Origin: Desulfitobacteriaceae bacterium
Lineage (GTDB): Bacteria; Bacillota; Desulfitobacteriia; Desulfitobacteriales; Desulfitobacteriaceae
Direction: 5' to 3'
Assembly (NCBI GenBank): GCA_028704155.1
Contig: JAQVLN010000001.1
Span: 23-64,022 of the forward strand
Length of the DNA stretch: 64,000 nt
The notes beneath the pieces were generated by a model that worked only from the letters and a program-made list of their open reading frames with translations, was not told the DNA's origin and ran no database searches. The position numbers and the translations under genes were made by a program. Of the stretch, positions 1 through 9,395 are shown piece by piece; the first letter of the stretch is position 1, and each line of letters begins with the position of its first letter.

Positions 1-187
1 GTCTGGCCGCCTCTCGAAATGACCCTTTCTGCTGCCAAAGAGCATACGCAAAAATCAGAACCCCAAAACCTAACCACTCATGAGTAAAATAAATACCATG
101 TGCCAAAGAAGCTAAAAAGATAGCGAAAGCCAGGATACGTTCTTTGCTGCTCCCGGCTTTGCTGATTCCTTTTGCAATTGTATCCAT
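1..187 (-). CDS. hypothetical membrane protein, N-terminal part only (gene runs off the window start)
   Basis: ATG at 185-187 (complement), 2 nt after the fabZ stop. The frame MDTIAKGISKAGSSKERILAFAIFLASLAHGIYFTHEWLGFGVLIFAYALW... stays open to position 1. Hydrophobic stretches are present; no family recognised. Confidence 0.35.
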   Translation of the reverse strand, partial: MDTIAKGISKAGSSKERILAFAIFLASLAHGIYFTHEWLGFGVLIFAYALWQQKGSFREAAR

Positions 188-189
188 AA

Positions 190-627
190 CTATCGGGAGC
201 TCTTTGGCCCGATAGCAAACATTATCTTTCCTTTAGCTGCTAATTCATCCCCTACATAGGCCTCTCCCCAGGCCACACCGATAGTACCCTTCATTTTGAC
301 TAGTTCTGTTTCTAACCGCAGAATATCCCCCGGAATTACCTGACGTTTAAAACGAACTTCATCCAAACCTGCATAGAAAGCCAGACTTCCTTTGTATTCT
401 GCTTTACTTAATATCAACACTGCACCGACCTGAGCCAAAGCTTCCATAATTAAAACTCCAGGCATAATCGGATATCCTGGGAAATGTCCCTGAAAGAACG
501 GTTCATTTGCCGAAACATTTTTTGTTCCCACTGCGCGTTTTCCCTCTTCCATTTCTACGATACGATCAACCAAAATAAAGGGATAACGATGAGGAATAAT
601 ATTTTGAATCTCACGATTTCCTAACAT
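190..627 (-). CDS. fabZ: 3-hydroxyacyl-ACP dehydratase FabZ
   Basis: [13 protein letters not shown]...[18 protein letters not shown]... is the FabZ hot-dog signature. AGGAGG lies 7 nt before the ATG at 627; the track ORF starts 7 codons earlier. Confidence 0.9.
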   Translation of the reverse strand: MLGNREIQNIIPHRYPFILVDRIVEMEEGKRAVGTKNVSANEPFFQGHFPGYPIMPGVLIMEALAQVGAVLILSKAEYKGSLAFYAGLDEVRFKRQVIPGDILRLETELVKMKGTIGVAWGEAYVGDELAAKGKIMFAIGPKSSR

Positions 628-665
628 TTTATAACCTCCTGCATTCAAATTTCAAATTTATAATT

Positions 666-1820
666 TTAGTTTGTGATTCCCTGTGTCAACAATTCCCGGT
701 ATATGTTCCTGATCTTTTCCACAAATACATTTGCGGAATATCTAACGGCGCATTCCCTGCTTATTTTAACTTTATCATAACTTTTAATGTTCTGCTTCAT
801 TTCTATTAATGCCTTACTTAGTAACCCCGGGTTTTTATTATCGATCAGAATCCCGTTCGTTTTAGTTACTATATCTTCAGCCCCACCATTTCTCGTCGCA
901 ATTATTGGTTTTCCACTCGCAGTTGCTTCGATATACACAACTCCAAAGGTTTCGTGCTCAGATGCCAGAACAAATGCTGAACATTTATGCATTTCCCTCG
1001 CTACTTCCTGTCGCTCCAATGCTCCTAAAAATTTCACCTGATTTCCAATGTCTTTATCACAGACAAGTCCTTCCAGTTGTTTTCTAAGCGAACCGTCTCC
1101 CCCGATTATCAATTTGCATTCTTGTCCCTTAAAGGCTTGGGCAAAGGCCTCAATCAGCATTTCCATCCCTTTACCCTCCTCCAAATAGGCTAAGGTGAAA
1201 AAAGTGAATTCCTGATAGGGTTCCTGGCTATTACACATAAACAATTCCAGATCAACTGTATTATGTACAATACTAATCGGATTCTTCGTGTAATTTTCCA
1301 GTTCTCTTTTGAGTCCATTCCCTACGGTAATTAATCTGTCACATTGATTATATGTTTCAAAGATAACCTTTTTATAACTATTTCTGATATGTTTACTGTG
1401 CTGCAGGGAACTATGCTCAGTCAATACTAAAGGCACATGATATTTCTTACTGAGATAATTAGCAGCAATACCTGCCCAAAAACAGGAGTGAGCATGAATC
1501 AGGTCGACCTTGCCTTGTTCGGCAACTATTCTCTGATAAAGCAGATCCATCCTTCTGTTAAAACTTTTAAACATTAAGTTGTTTTTAGGAAAATAATTGT
1601 AATCCTTGTATCTATACGTTTCCAAACCAAATTCTATACTAAAATATATTCCTCTTTTTTCTTTTACACGGCCTAAATAAGTCAGGGGCCATATTTCATT
1701 ATAAGCAACTGTCAACTTAAAACCTGCTTCTTTTAAGGCCCTGAATTGATCAATAAAAAAACTTCCATGTACTTTCTTTCTTTTTGAAGGATACCAGGAT
1801 GGGATCGCCAGTATGTGCAT
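666..1820 (-). CDS. glycosyltransferase, GT4 (group 1) family
   Basis: 384 aa with GT-B architecture. C-terminal motif ...ASEHETFGVVYIEATASGKPIIATRNGG... is typical of GT4 enzymes. Confidence 0.8.
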   Translation of the reverse strand: MHILAIPSWYPSKRKKVHGSFFIDQFRALKEAGFKLTVAYNEIWPLTYLGRVKEKRGIYFSIEFGLETYRYKDYNYFPKNNLMFKSFNRRMDLLYQRIVAEQGKVDLIHAHSCFWAGIAANYLSKKYHVPLVLTEHSSLQHSKHIRNSYKKVIFETYNQCDRLITVGNGLKRELENYTKNPISIVHNTVDLELFMCNSQEPYQEFTFFTLAYLEEGKGMEMLIEAFAQAFKGQECKLIIGGDGSLRKQLEGLVCDKDIGNQVKFLGALERQEVAREMHKCSAFVLASEHETFGVVYIEATASGKPIIATRNGGAEDIVTKTNGILIDNKNPGLLSKALIEMKQNIKSYDKVKISRECAVRYSANVFVEKIRNIYRELLTQGITN

Positions 1821-1822
1821 TT

Positions 1823-3097
1823 TTAGTCTCCCAAAATTTTAAATAATCTATCTCCAATATTTCCCCATTCATAGCTGCTGTCTTCTTTTGAATGTTTACC
1901 GGCCTTAACTCTGGTTATCAGCTCGAGTAGGGCATTCTTGATTGCAATTGACTCATTGTTAACACCATAACATTTATAATGTCCTTTTGTAAGCGGTATC
2001 AGGGGATCATTTTTATCTCCGTAGATAACTAATATCCAGGAATTCGTTCCAAAATAATCATAAATTTTGGCGGGAATTTGCTTGGAGTTTTTATTACCAA
2101 ACAAAAGCAAAATATCACTGTTTAACAAATATTTCAGGGCTTCTCCAAAGGTAATTCTCGGTAATACCTTGATTATTTCATTTGAAATCAGCCTTTTCTT
2201 AACATTGTCATCATCAATATTACCGAAAAACAGGATATTTAGTTTTTCATATAAATCATTTCTTTCCTTTTTCAGTTCCTCAATAACATCAATAAAAGGA
2301 TTGCTATTCCTCAACTGATGGAAAATCTCACCAGCGTAAATGATATTAATTTTATTATTTTCGATTAAGTCTGGTTTATTTTCTTTCCTGAGCCTATCAT
2401 ATACAACCTTATCATAGCCTCTTGTTAAGAGAAAACAGGTATCTGGAACTAATTCATATGTATCGATAAAATCTCTCCTGTTAATATCAGTGACAAAAAT
2501 TAACTTGTCACTGTTCCTGACTGCTTTTTCCTCAAAGTATTGATTAACTTTTTTCTTTAAATAATAAGAATTTATTCTGCCTGGATCCTTAAACCACGGA
2601 TCACTCCAATATGATACCCATGAAAGAGTAGGATGTTTTTTTTTAATTAGATAAGCACATATATGTGATGATGGTGGTTCGTGCATAGAAAAAATAACTT
2701 TGAAATCAATTTCATGACAAAGTTTTTTTCCATATCTGGCTGCTTTAAACGCCCAATAAATGTACATGTCCGGCAATTCCAAAACTTTCTTTAATTTTTT
2801 TAAAACTTTTGTTAAATTAAAAAACTTTCTTTCTGGTTGATTTACCGGTATCTTTGCCGCCTTGGGCATTAGTATCTCCAATAATTTTCCGCCGCTAATT
2901 GCATGAACCTTGATATTCCCACTCATCAAACGGGCATGATTTTCATCATAATAGATTGAATTTTTCGGGAAATCAACAGTTAATAAATGCACCTCATTAT
3001 CATTACTCAGTTGATTTAAATATTGAAGTGTCTCAATGGCTGCTGAATTATTAATAAACGGAGAATAACAAGCAATAAAAAGTATTTGCATTAGCAT
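1823..3097 (-). CDS. putative GT-B fold glycosyltransferase (divergent)
   Basis: 424 aa. The C-terminal half (IIYAGEI...LFFGN...SDILLLFGN...QIPAKIYDYFG) resembles the nucleotide-sugar binding half of group-1 glycosyltransferases. It is translationally coupled to its neighbours. The family assignment is not certain. Confidence 0.45.
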   Translation of the reverse strand: MLMQILFIACYSPFINNSAAIETLQYLNQLSNDNEVHLLTVDFPKNSIYYDENHARLMSGNIKVHAISGGKLLEILMPKAAKIPVNQPERKFFNLTKVLKKLKKVLELPDMYIYWAFKAARYGKKLCHEIDFKVIFSMHEPPSSHICAYLIKKKHPTLSWVSYWSDPWFKDPGRINSYYLKKKVNQYFEEKAVRNSDKLIFVTDINRRDFIDTYELVPDTCFLLTRGYDKVVYDRLRKENKPDLIENNKINIIYAGEIFHQLRNSNPFIDVIEELKKERNDLYEKLNILFFGNIDDDNVKKRLISNEIIKVLPRITFGEALKYLLNSDILLLFGNKNSKQIPAKIYDYFGTNSWILVIYGDKNDPLIPLTKGHYKCYGVNNESIAIKNALLELITRVKAGKHSKEDSSYEWGNIGDRLFKILGD

Positions 3098-4617
3098 CTC
3101 CCAAATTTCCTGAGGATTGAGGTTATTTCCTTAATCTCATTAATTCTGAAAAGCAAGCACAAAAAATAATAAATTATCGCAGCTAAACCGGTTACTATTA
3201 AAATAATTCCGAGATTAATTTCAATTCTAACCAGATTATTAAAAATTACAATAAGAAGCCCGATTATCACCGAAGCACAAATGATCTTTAAGATTTTAAA
3301 AAAGATTAACCTTAAATTAAATTCATTAATAACTCTCTTCAGGTTAAAGAGCAGTAACACGGAAGTGATTATCAATGAACTGGAAGTTGCTATCGCAATT
3401 CCCAGTATTCCAAATATCTTTGATAAGCTCAGATTAAGAATAATATTTATTGTTACTCCGATAATTCCGTTAACTGTAGTATCAACCGTTTTATTCATAG
3501 CAAAAAGTGCCGAATTAAGGATATCTCTCAAACCATAAAAAGCTAAACCAATAAGATAACCAATAAAAGCAAGCGTGGTCAAATCAACTGAGTCTTGAGT
3601 GAATGCACCTCGCATATATACGATTTTGATTATATCCTGACTGAATATTATAGCTCCTATACTAATTGGTATTAACAGCAATAAGGTATAAATGATAGTT
3701 TTTTTAATATATTCAATTAATGCTTGACTGTCACCTGAATTCCTTTTATTTGCTATTAATGGATAGGTAACTGTTAATATGGAGGAAGTTATTATGGTAT
3801 TAAGGAAAACCACTAATTTCTGAGCAAAATCCAGAGCCGAAACACTACCCGTCTTTAAGGAAGAGGCAATAGTTTTATCTACCACAACATTCAGCGAATT
3901 GGCTCCCGCCCCGATTATAACAGGTATAATTAATATTAACACTTTCTTTACTCTGGGATCCTTTAAATTAAAATTTAATTTAAATTTATACCCATGTTTA
4001 ATTAGCGGCGGGATTTGGACCAGGACTCTGATTAAATTACCTGCGACGTTTGCTATGGTTAAGCCAATAATGCTATAAGAATGAAATAACAAAAGATATA
4101 AAATTATCGGGGTATTAAAAAAAAGGCCCAGTATTGAAGGCACGATAAAATCTTCATTAACCTGAAGCATTGCGCTAAAACAGGCATTTACCGCCAGGAA
4201 CAATAAATTAAACACCGTAATACGTGTCAAAAAAATAGTCAAAACAAGTTTTTGACCACTAAATCCCCTTGCAAAAATTGGTACTATCTGTTCTGCAAAT
4301 ATTATAGCTAATACAAATACGCCAACAGAAATGATCAGAAGGAGGGTAATAAATCTGTTGGCAAAATTATACATTTCCTCTTTGCCATTTTTAATCAACT
4401 GCTCGCTTAAAACTGGTAAAAAAGACGTCGAAATAGCCAGCCCTATGACCATAAACAGAGTTTCAGGAATTGTAACAGCAATATTATAGGAATCAGTATT
4501 GATTCCTGTGCCAAAATTAGCAGCAATAAGCAGGTCCCTAATAAAGCCAAGGCTCCTGCTAAATACTGAAACGACCATAATTATCAAAGTAGATCTTAAT
4601 ATTTTGCTTTTACTCAT
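3091..4617 (-). CDS. murJ: MurJ/MviN-family (MOP superfamily) lipid-linked oligosaccharide flippase
   Basis: 508 aa polytopic membrane protein. N-terminus VFSRSLGFIRDLLIAANFGTG..DSYNIAVTIPE matches the MurJ signature. Confidence 0.75.
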   Translation of the reverse strand: MSKSKILRSTLIIMVVSVFSRSLGFIRDLLIAANFGTGINTDSYNIAVTIPETLFMVIGLAISTSFLPVLSEQLIKNGKEEMYNFANRFITLLLIISVGVFVLAIIFAEQIVPIFARGFSGQKLVLTIFLTRITVFNLLFLAVNACFSAMLQVNEDFIVPSILGLFFNTPIILYLLLFHSYSIIGLTIANVAGNLIRVLVQIPPLIKHGYKFKLNFNLKDPRVKKVLILIIPVIIGAGANSLNVVVDKTIASSLKTGSVSALDFAQKLVVFLNTIITSSILTVTYPLIANKRNSGDSQALIEYIKKTIIYTLLLLIPISIGAIIFSQDIIKIVYMRGAFTQDSVDLTTLAFIGYLIGLAFYGLRDILNSALFAMNKTVDTTVNGIIGVTINIILNLSLSKIFGILGIAIATSSSLIITSVLLLFNLKRVINEFNLRLIFFKILKIICASVIIGLLIVIFNNLVRIEINLGIILIVTGLAAIIYYFLCLLFRINEIKEITSILRKFGRC

Positions 4618-4699
4618 TTATTTATCTCTAATCCTATAGCCGGCTGGCAATACATAGAAATATTATAAAGTATTCAGCCAGGGTTTGCAATTTGCAAAC

Positions 4700-5926
4700 C
4701 TAAACCGCTGTTTTCCGAACCTCCCGATTAAGTAACCCATCTGCAATTGCCAGGAAAATAAAAAAATAGATTCTGACTTTTGGAGCCGAGAAAAAATTAT
4801 CTAACAAATTCATTTGTATAAAAACCAGGAATGAAATTAGATAACCTTGATAAAAATGCTGTAAAAAATCCGAACTTGCTGATTGAGCAAATCTCCTTAA
4901 CATTTTAAAACCCGATATTAAAAAGCTTATAAAAGCAAGGCTACCCAGAACACCCAACTCGCTTTGGATCTTCAAAAAGATATTGTGGGGATGAAGTCCA
5001 GGGGCAAATTCATATGTAATGTAATCAAACTTCGTGGAATATTCATTATAGACATCGGAAAAGTTAGCATTTCCCACACCCAACCAAAAATTATTCCGGA
5101 TTACTTCAATAGCTACTCCCCAAATTTTTATCCTGGATGAGTTTTGAGATATATCCGCAAACTGCAAAATTCTATTATAAACCAGAGGGATCTTCAAGGC
5201 AAATCCAGCGGCAACAGCAAATAGGAAAATCAATTTCCAATTATGGATAATTATTAGTAAGATACAACCTGTCGCAAGGGCTATCCAGGCATTCCTGGAA
5301 AATGACAGGAAAATATTCATTAACACCAAACAGGTGATACTGCCATAAACTATTTTATACTTTAAATTGTTTGTTTTTAGAGTAAGGAGAATCAGGGGGA
5401 AGATCACTAAAGTAAAAAAAGCTCCAACGTTATTCGAATTTTCCAAAACCGATCCTATCTTATAGATTGGTACCGGTAAGTGTTGCTGTATGTAGGGCCA
5501 AACAAAAAACACATATTGTAGCAGTCCCAATAATGATATAAGTATACAGCTAAACAAATAACTTTTTAAGATTCCTGTACTTTTTTTTTCATCAGCAAAA
5601 TGGTACTTTATAACAAAATACAGTACCAGATAAGTACTAAATCTAATGCTCTCTTTTAATGCTTCCCCTTGGTTAACAGCATAAAAAGTAGACATAAACA
5701 TAATAAGAATTATTAAAATTAAAAAACTCAAGGTAGGATTTTTACGCAAGTTTAATAGAGAAAGGAATTTTTTTTGCCTTTTGTCACCGGCTGTAAGAAG
5801 AAAAATTATATTAATGACAACGAATATATATAATAACCTGTCGCCACTAAGCGTGAGGCCTATTAATTCAAAATGACCGGGTATGAACGGGTAACAAAAA
5901 ATAAAAAGACACATGAAATAATACAA
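4700..5926 (-). CDS. O-antigen ligase / polymerase-like (Wzy_C domain) membrane protein
   Basis: 408 aa with at least 10 predicted TM segments. It has an FSRNAWIAL-type loop region typical of the O-antigen ligase/Wzy family. TTG start at 5926 (alternative ATG at 5914). Confidence 0.6.
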   Translation of the reverse strand: MYYFMCLFIFCYPFIPGHFELIGLTLSGDRLLYIFVVINIIFLLTAGDKRQKKFLSLLNLRKNPTLSFLILIILIMFMSTFYAVNQGEALKESIRFSTYLVLYFVIKYHFADEKKSTGILKSYLFSCILISLLGLLQYVFFVWPYIQQHLPVPIYKIGSVLENSNNVGAFFTLVIFPLILLTLKTNNLKYKIVYGSITCLVLMNIFLSFSRNAWIALATGCILLIIIHNWKLIFLFAVAAGFALKIPLVYNRILQFADISQNSSRIKIWGVAIEVIRNNFWLGVGNANFSDVYNEYSTKFDYITYEFAPGLHPHNIFLKIQSELGVLGSLAFISFLISGFKMLRRFAQSASSDFLQHFYQGYLISFLVFIQMNLLDNFFSAPKVRIYFFIFLAIADGLLNREVRKTAV

Positions 5927-6726
5927 TAGCTATTAGGCCTCCATTTCTTGCTGATCTCCACTTTTTGATAATCAAGGTATTTTTCCGCATCTTTTTTTTT
6001 TCTCACACAAATAAAAACCTGCCAAACAAATCGTGGCAGAACCAACTGGCGACGCCAACGCCACGGTTCACGCCAAATTCGGTAAAGCCATTCCAGGTGC
6101 CAGTTTCGAATCCAATTTGGAGCACGTAATACCAGCCCTGCCAGAACATCAAAACTTCCACCTACGCCAATACTGACTGCTGCCAACCCTTGATGAGTAT
6201 AAATCCAATACTCTTGCTTTGGTATGCCCATACCGACTAACAATAAATCCGGTCGGAAATCTTTAATCCTGCGAAGTAATTGTTCTTCCTCAGGCGGTTG
6301 GAAATAACCGTGATAAGCTTGCCAAATTAGCCCGGGGTAATCCTTACTGACTTTTTGGGCCGCTGACTCTGCTACCCCGGGTTTACCACCCAAGAAAAAA
6401 ACCCGCCATTTATCAGAATGAGCAATGGGTAAAAGAGCTTGTACCAAATCTATCCCCGTTACCCGTTCTTTGATAGAAGAGCCTAGTTTGCGTACTGCCC
6501 ATACCACACCGATTCCATCAGCTGTCACAATCTCTGCCGAGTTAATTAATTCGGCTAATCCCTGATCATGTTGAGCTGCATAAATCATTTCCGGATTCGC
6601 GGTAACTACCCTTATATATCTTTGTTCCCTGATAGCCTGTCTTATATAAGCCACCGTTTCTGTTACAGATAAAGTATCAATATAAATACTCAGAACATCA
6701 ACTTTTATGAAAAACACTTCCTTCAA
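5863..6726 (-). CDS. tagA: WecB/TagA/CpsF-family glycosyltransferase (N-acetylmannosaminyltransferase-like)
   Basis: VTANPEMIY...TADGIGVVWA...FFLGGKPGV...GMGIPKQEYW...GVGGSFDVLAG...RAPNW...LEWLYR is the family pattern. A roughly 35-aa non-conserved C-terminal tail overlaps the next gene by 64 nt. Confidence 0.8.
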   Translation of the reverse strand: MKEVFFIKVDVLSIYIDTLSVTETVAYIRQAIREQRYIRVVTANPEMIYAAQHDQGLAELINSAEIVTADGIGVVWAVRKLGSSIKERVTGIDLVQALLPIAHSDKWRVFFLGGKPGVAESAAQKVSKDYPGLIWQAYHGYFQPPEEEQLLRRIKDFRPDLLLVGMGIPKQEYWIYTHQGLAAVSIGVGGSFDVLAGLVLRAPNWIRNWHLEWLYRIWREPWRWRRQLVLPRFVWQVFICVRKKKDAEKYLDYQKVEISKKWRPNSYCIISCVFLFFVTRSYPVILN

Positions 6727-6784
6727 ATATGAAAAACATACTTATCTGTCTGAGGTTCCTAAAATATTTTCCCTCTACCGGCAT

Positions 6785-7774
6785 TTATTTAAAACTTCTC
6801 TCCAAAACCTTACCTGTTCCCAAGACGACGCAGGACATGGAATCCTCAGCTACAATCACCGAAAGACCGGTTTCTCTGGAAATCCTGATATCAATACCGT
6901 GAACCAAGGAACCTCCACCGGTCATAACAATTCCTTTATGGAGGATATCTGCCGACAATTCAGGCGGAGTTCTTTCCAACACTTCTTTGACTCCTCCAAC
7001 AATAACTTCAACATATTCCTCCAAGGCAGTAAAACATTCCTGGGAATTAACTACAACCGCTTTAGGAAACCCTGTTACAAGATCCCGCCCCCGTACATCA
7101 ATACTGGGATTGTCCGGTCGGCCTTCACGAATTGCCGAACCAACAGCTATCTTGATCGCTTCTGCAGTCCTTTCACCAATCAATAAGTTATGCCGGCGTC
7201 TTATAAAACGAGTAATTGCTTCGTCAAACTTATCACCGCCGATCCGGAGCCTGCGTTTACATACAATTCCATCTAAAGATAAAACAGCAATATCTGTTGT
7301 CCCGCCACCAATATCTACAACCATATTAGCCTCCGGTCCGGAGATATCCAAACCTGCTCCCAAGGCAGCAGCGTAAGTTTCTTCAATTACTATAACTTTC
7401 TTGGCCCCAGCTTGATACACTGCTTGTTTTACGGCACGTTCTTCAACTTCGGTTACCCCTGAAGGGATACAAACGACAACTCTGGTCCTAAAGAATGGCC
7501 AACGTTTACCGCCAGCCTTCTCAATAAAATATTTAAGCATAATTTGAGTTGTCTGGAAATCTGCAATAACACCCTCTTTCATTGGCCGTATTGCCACAAT
7601 ATTACCAGGAGTCCGGCCTAACATCATGCGGGCTTCCTCTCCTACAGCTATCCTTTTATTGTTATTCTCATTAATTGCTACAACCGACGGTTCATGCATC
7701 TCTATGCCTTTTCCTTTGGCATATACCAAAACACTGGCCGTCCCCAAATCTATTCCTAAATCTATACCGAACAT
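6785..7774 (-). CDS. mbl: MreB-family actin-like rod-shape protein (Mbl-like by synteny)
   Basis: GIDLGTASVLVY...GRTPGNIVAIRPMKEGVIADF...VVDIGGGTTDIAV is MreB family. It is adjacent to spoIIID, as mbl is in B. subtilis. Confidence 0.9.
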   Translation of the reverse strand: MFGIDLGIDLGTASVLVYAKGKGIEMHEPSVVAINENNNKRIAVGEEARMMLGRTPGNIVAIRPMKEGVIADFQTTQIMLKYFIEKAGGKRWPFFRTRVVVCIPSGVTEVEERAVKQAVYQAGAKKVIVIEETYAAALGAGLDISGPEANMVVDIGGGTTDIAVLSLDGIVCKRRLRIGGDKFDEAITRFIRRRHNLLIGERTAEAIKIAVGSAIREGRPDNPSIDVRGRDLVTGFPKAVVVNSQECFTALEEYVEVIVGGVKEVLERTPPELSADILHKGIVMTGGGSLVHGIDIRISRETGLSVIVAEDSMSCVVLGTGKVLERSFK

Positions 7775-7939
7775 TAGTGAAAGTAACCCCTTTCCAGTTG
7801 CGAATCAGATAATAATAAAAAATATAATCCCCCAGCGGGAGATTAAGTCAAAGGCTTAAATCGACGGGTAACAATGTTATTCGTTATAGAACCGCCAATT
7901 CCTTTATTATTTTGTTTACTATTTCAAAGCATAAACACT

Positions 7940-8188
7940 TTAATTTTCCCGGTATTTTTTACGAGTTGCTTCTCCCCCCCGAATATGACGTTCTGCTTTA
8001 TTGGTTTCCAGTATATGCTTGACTTCCATAGCCAACGCTTCATTAATCAGTTTCAGGCGTTCTGTTACATCTTTATGTACTGTAGATTTCGATACACCAA
8101 AAACATCAGCCGTTTGTCGTACAGTAGCACTTGATTCCAGAATATAATTGCCTATATCCAACACACGTTTACGAATATATTCCTGCAT
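7940..8188 (-). CDS. spoIIID: stage III sporulation protein D (mother-cell transcription factor)
   Basis: MQEYIRKRVLDIGNYILESSATVRQTADVFGVSKSTVHKDVTERL... is the SpoIIID HTH protein. GGAGG lies 8 nt upstream of the ATG at 8188; the track ORF is 12 codons longer. Confidence 0.9.
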   Translation of the reverse strand: MQEYIRKRVLDIGNYILESSATVRQTADVFGVSKSTVHKDVTERLKLINEALAMEVKHILETNKAERHIRGGEATRKKYREN

Positions 8189-8287
8189 ATTATATCCTCC
8201 TTTTTGGGCCCGTTTCCTGTACATCTATATGCATTGGCAAACAAAAAAGACATCAGAAGAGGATGTCTTTTATTTGGTAAATACTGT

Positions 8288-9226
8288 TTAGATTGTTTTT
8301 ATTTGTGTACTCGGGTAATAATGTTCCAAAATTCTATCATACGTATATTTTCGGTTAGCTAAATCGTTAGCTCCATACTGTGACATGCCAACCGCATGTC
8401 CATAACCATAAGTTGTAAAAACTATGTGGTCAGATTTTACAAGCCATTCAAAATCCGTGGAAGCTAACCCTAATAAAGTACGAATTTGAGTTCCTAAGTA
8501 GGTTTTTCCGAGTATTGATATGCTTCGTATTCTGCCAGCTTTTGTTCTGCTAAGCAGTTTAATATCCCCGGATTTCAGGCCTTTTTGTACTTCAGCTTGG
8601 CCCAGCTTCTCAGCTAGTTCATTAATACTGAAGCTAAACTGCTTTTTAAAACGAAGCGGGTTTTCTTCACCAGAAACTACATTTTGAAAATGTCCTTCTG
8701 CCGAACCTCCCCAAACTTCTTCCGGTTGTTCGGTGGTCTTCCGCCCACTGCTGCTGTGATAAAAAGCATCAACATATTTTCCATCATAAACCAACACTTT
8801 ACCTTTAGTACCCTCCACAGACTTTTTAACCTTGGCCAACATACTCAAATAAGATAAAACTCCCCATTTTTTACGTAGTTGTTTATCAGAAAGCCAAGCT
8901 TGGGTTTTGACTGTTGTATCGACGTCATAACCCTCATCCTTAAAGAGGTTTTTGTTTAAACATTTTACTGCATAAGTTCGGGCTGCAACAGCTTGTGCCT
9001 TTAAGGCCTCTTCTCCAAATCCAGCAGGCATTTCTGCAGCTACAACCCCTATAAGATACTCCTCCAGAGGCAGTTTCAATATTTTTCCGTCCTCAGTTAA
9101 AACCCTGATAACCTTATCGTTAGTAAAGTTACCGTATTTATGCCAACGCATGACACTCCATGGAATCAACAATATAATAATTATTGCGAGGAGGGATAAC
9201 CATAACCACTCTCTTTTCTTTTTCAT
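8288..9226 (-). CDS. spoIID: stage II sporulation protein D (SpoIID/LytB lytic transglycosylase)
   Basis: N-terminal TM segment plus a SpoIID domain (EEYLIGVVAAEMP..F..EALKAQAVAARTYA...AFYHSSSGG-like...GHGVGMSQYGA). Confidence 0.85.
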   Translation of the reverse strand: MKKKREWLWLSLLAIIIILLIPWSVMRWHKYGNFTNDKVIRVLTEDGKILKLPLEEYLIGVVAAEMPAGFGEEALKAQAVAARTYAVKCLNKNLFKDEGYDVDTTVKTQAWLSDKQLRKKWGVLSYLSMLAKVKKSVEGTKGKVLVYDGKYVDAFYHSSSGRKTTEQPEEVWGGSAEGHFQNVVSGEENPLRFKKQFSFSINELAEKLGQAEVQKGLKSGDIKLLSRTKAGRIRSISILGKTYLGTQIRTLLGLASTDFEWLVKSDHIVFTTYGYGHAVGMSQYGANDLANRKYTYDRILEHYYPSTQIKTI

Positions 9227-9318
9227 CCTTTCTATATCCTTCCATTTTCTTTATATTTAGTTTTATGCGCTATTATAAGAAAACAGAAGTACTTTCAGTA
9301 AAACTAAATTATATAAAA

Positions 9319-9352
9319 CAAAAAAACCGTATATACTTTCCAACGGTTTTTT
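9319..9352 (-). terminator. rho-independent terminator downstream of murA
   Basis: AAAAAACCGT / ACGGTTTTTT stem with a 12-nt loop, flanked by A and T runs, so potentially bidirectional. Confidence 0.6.
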
Positions 9353-9395
9353 ATATATCATCCGACTTTCAAGCTAAAACTCATTCTACAACTTA

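Noticed and set aside
5863-5926. 64-nt overlap between the tagA-like gene and the O-antigen-ligase-like gene as a possible frameshift or fusion
   Set aside because: The TagA homology ends about 35 codons before the stop, so the overlap is just a non-conserved tail running to the next stop codon. The ligase start (TTG 5926 or ATG 5914) is uncertain. There is no evidence of a disrupted frame.
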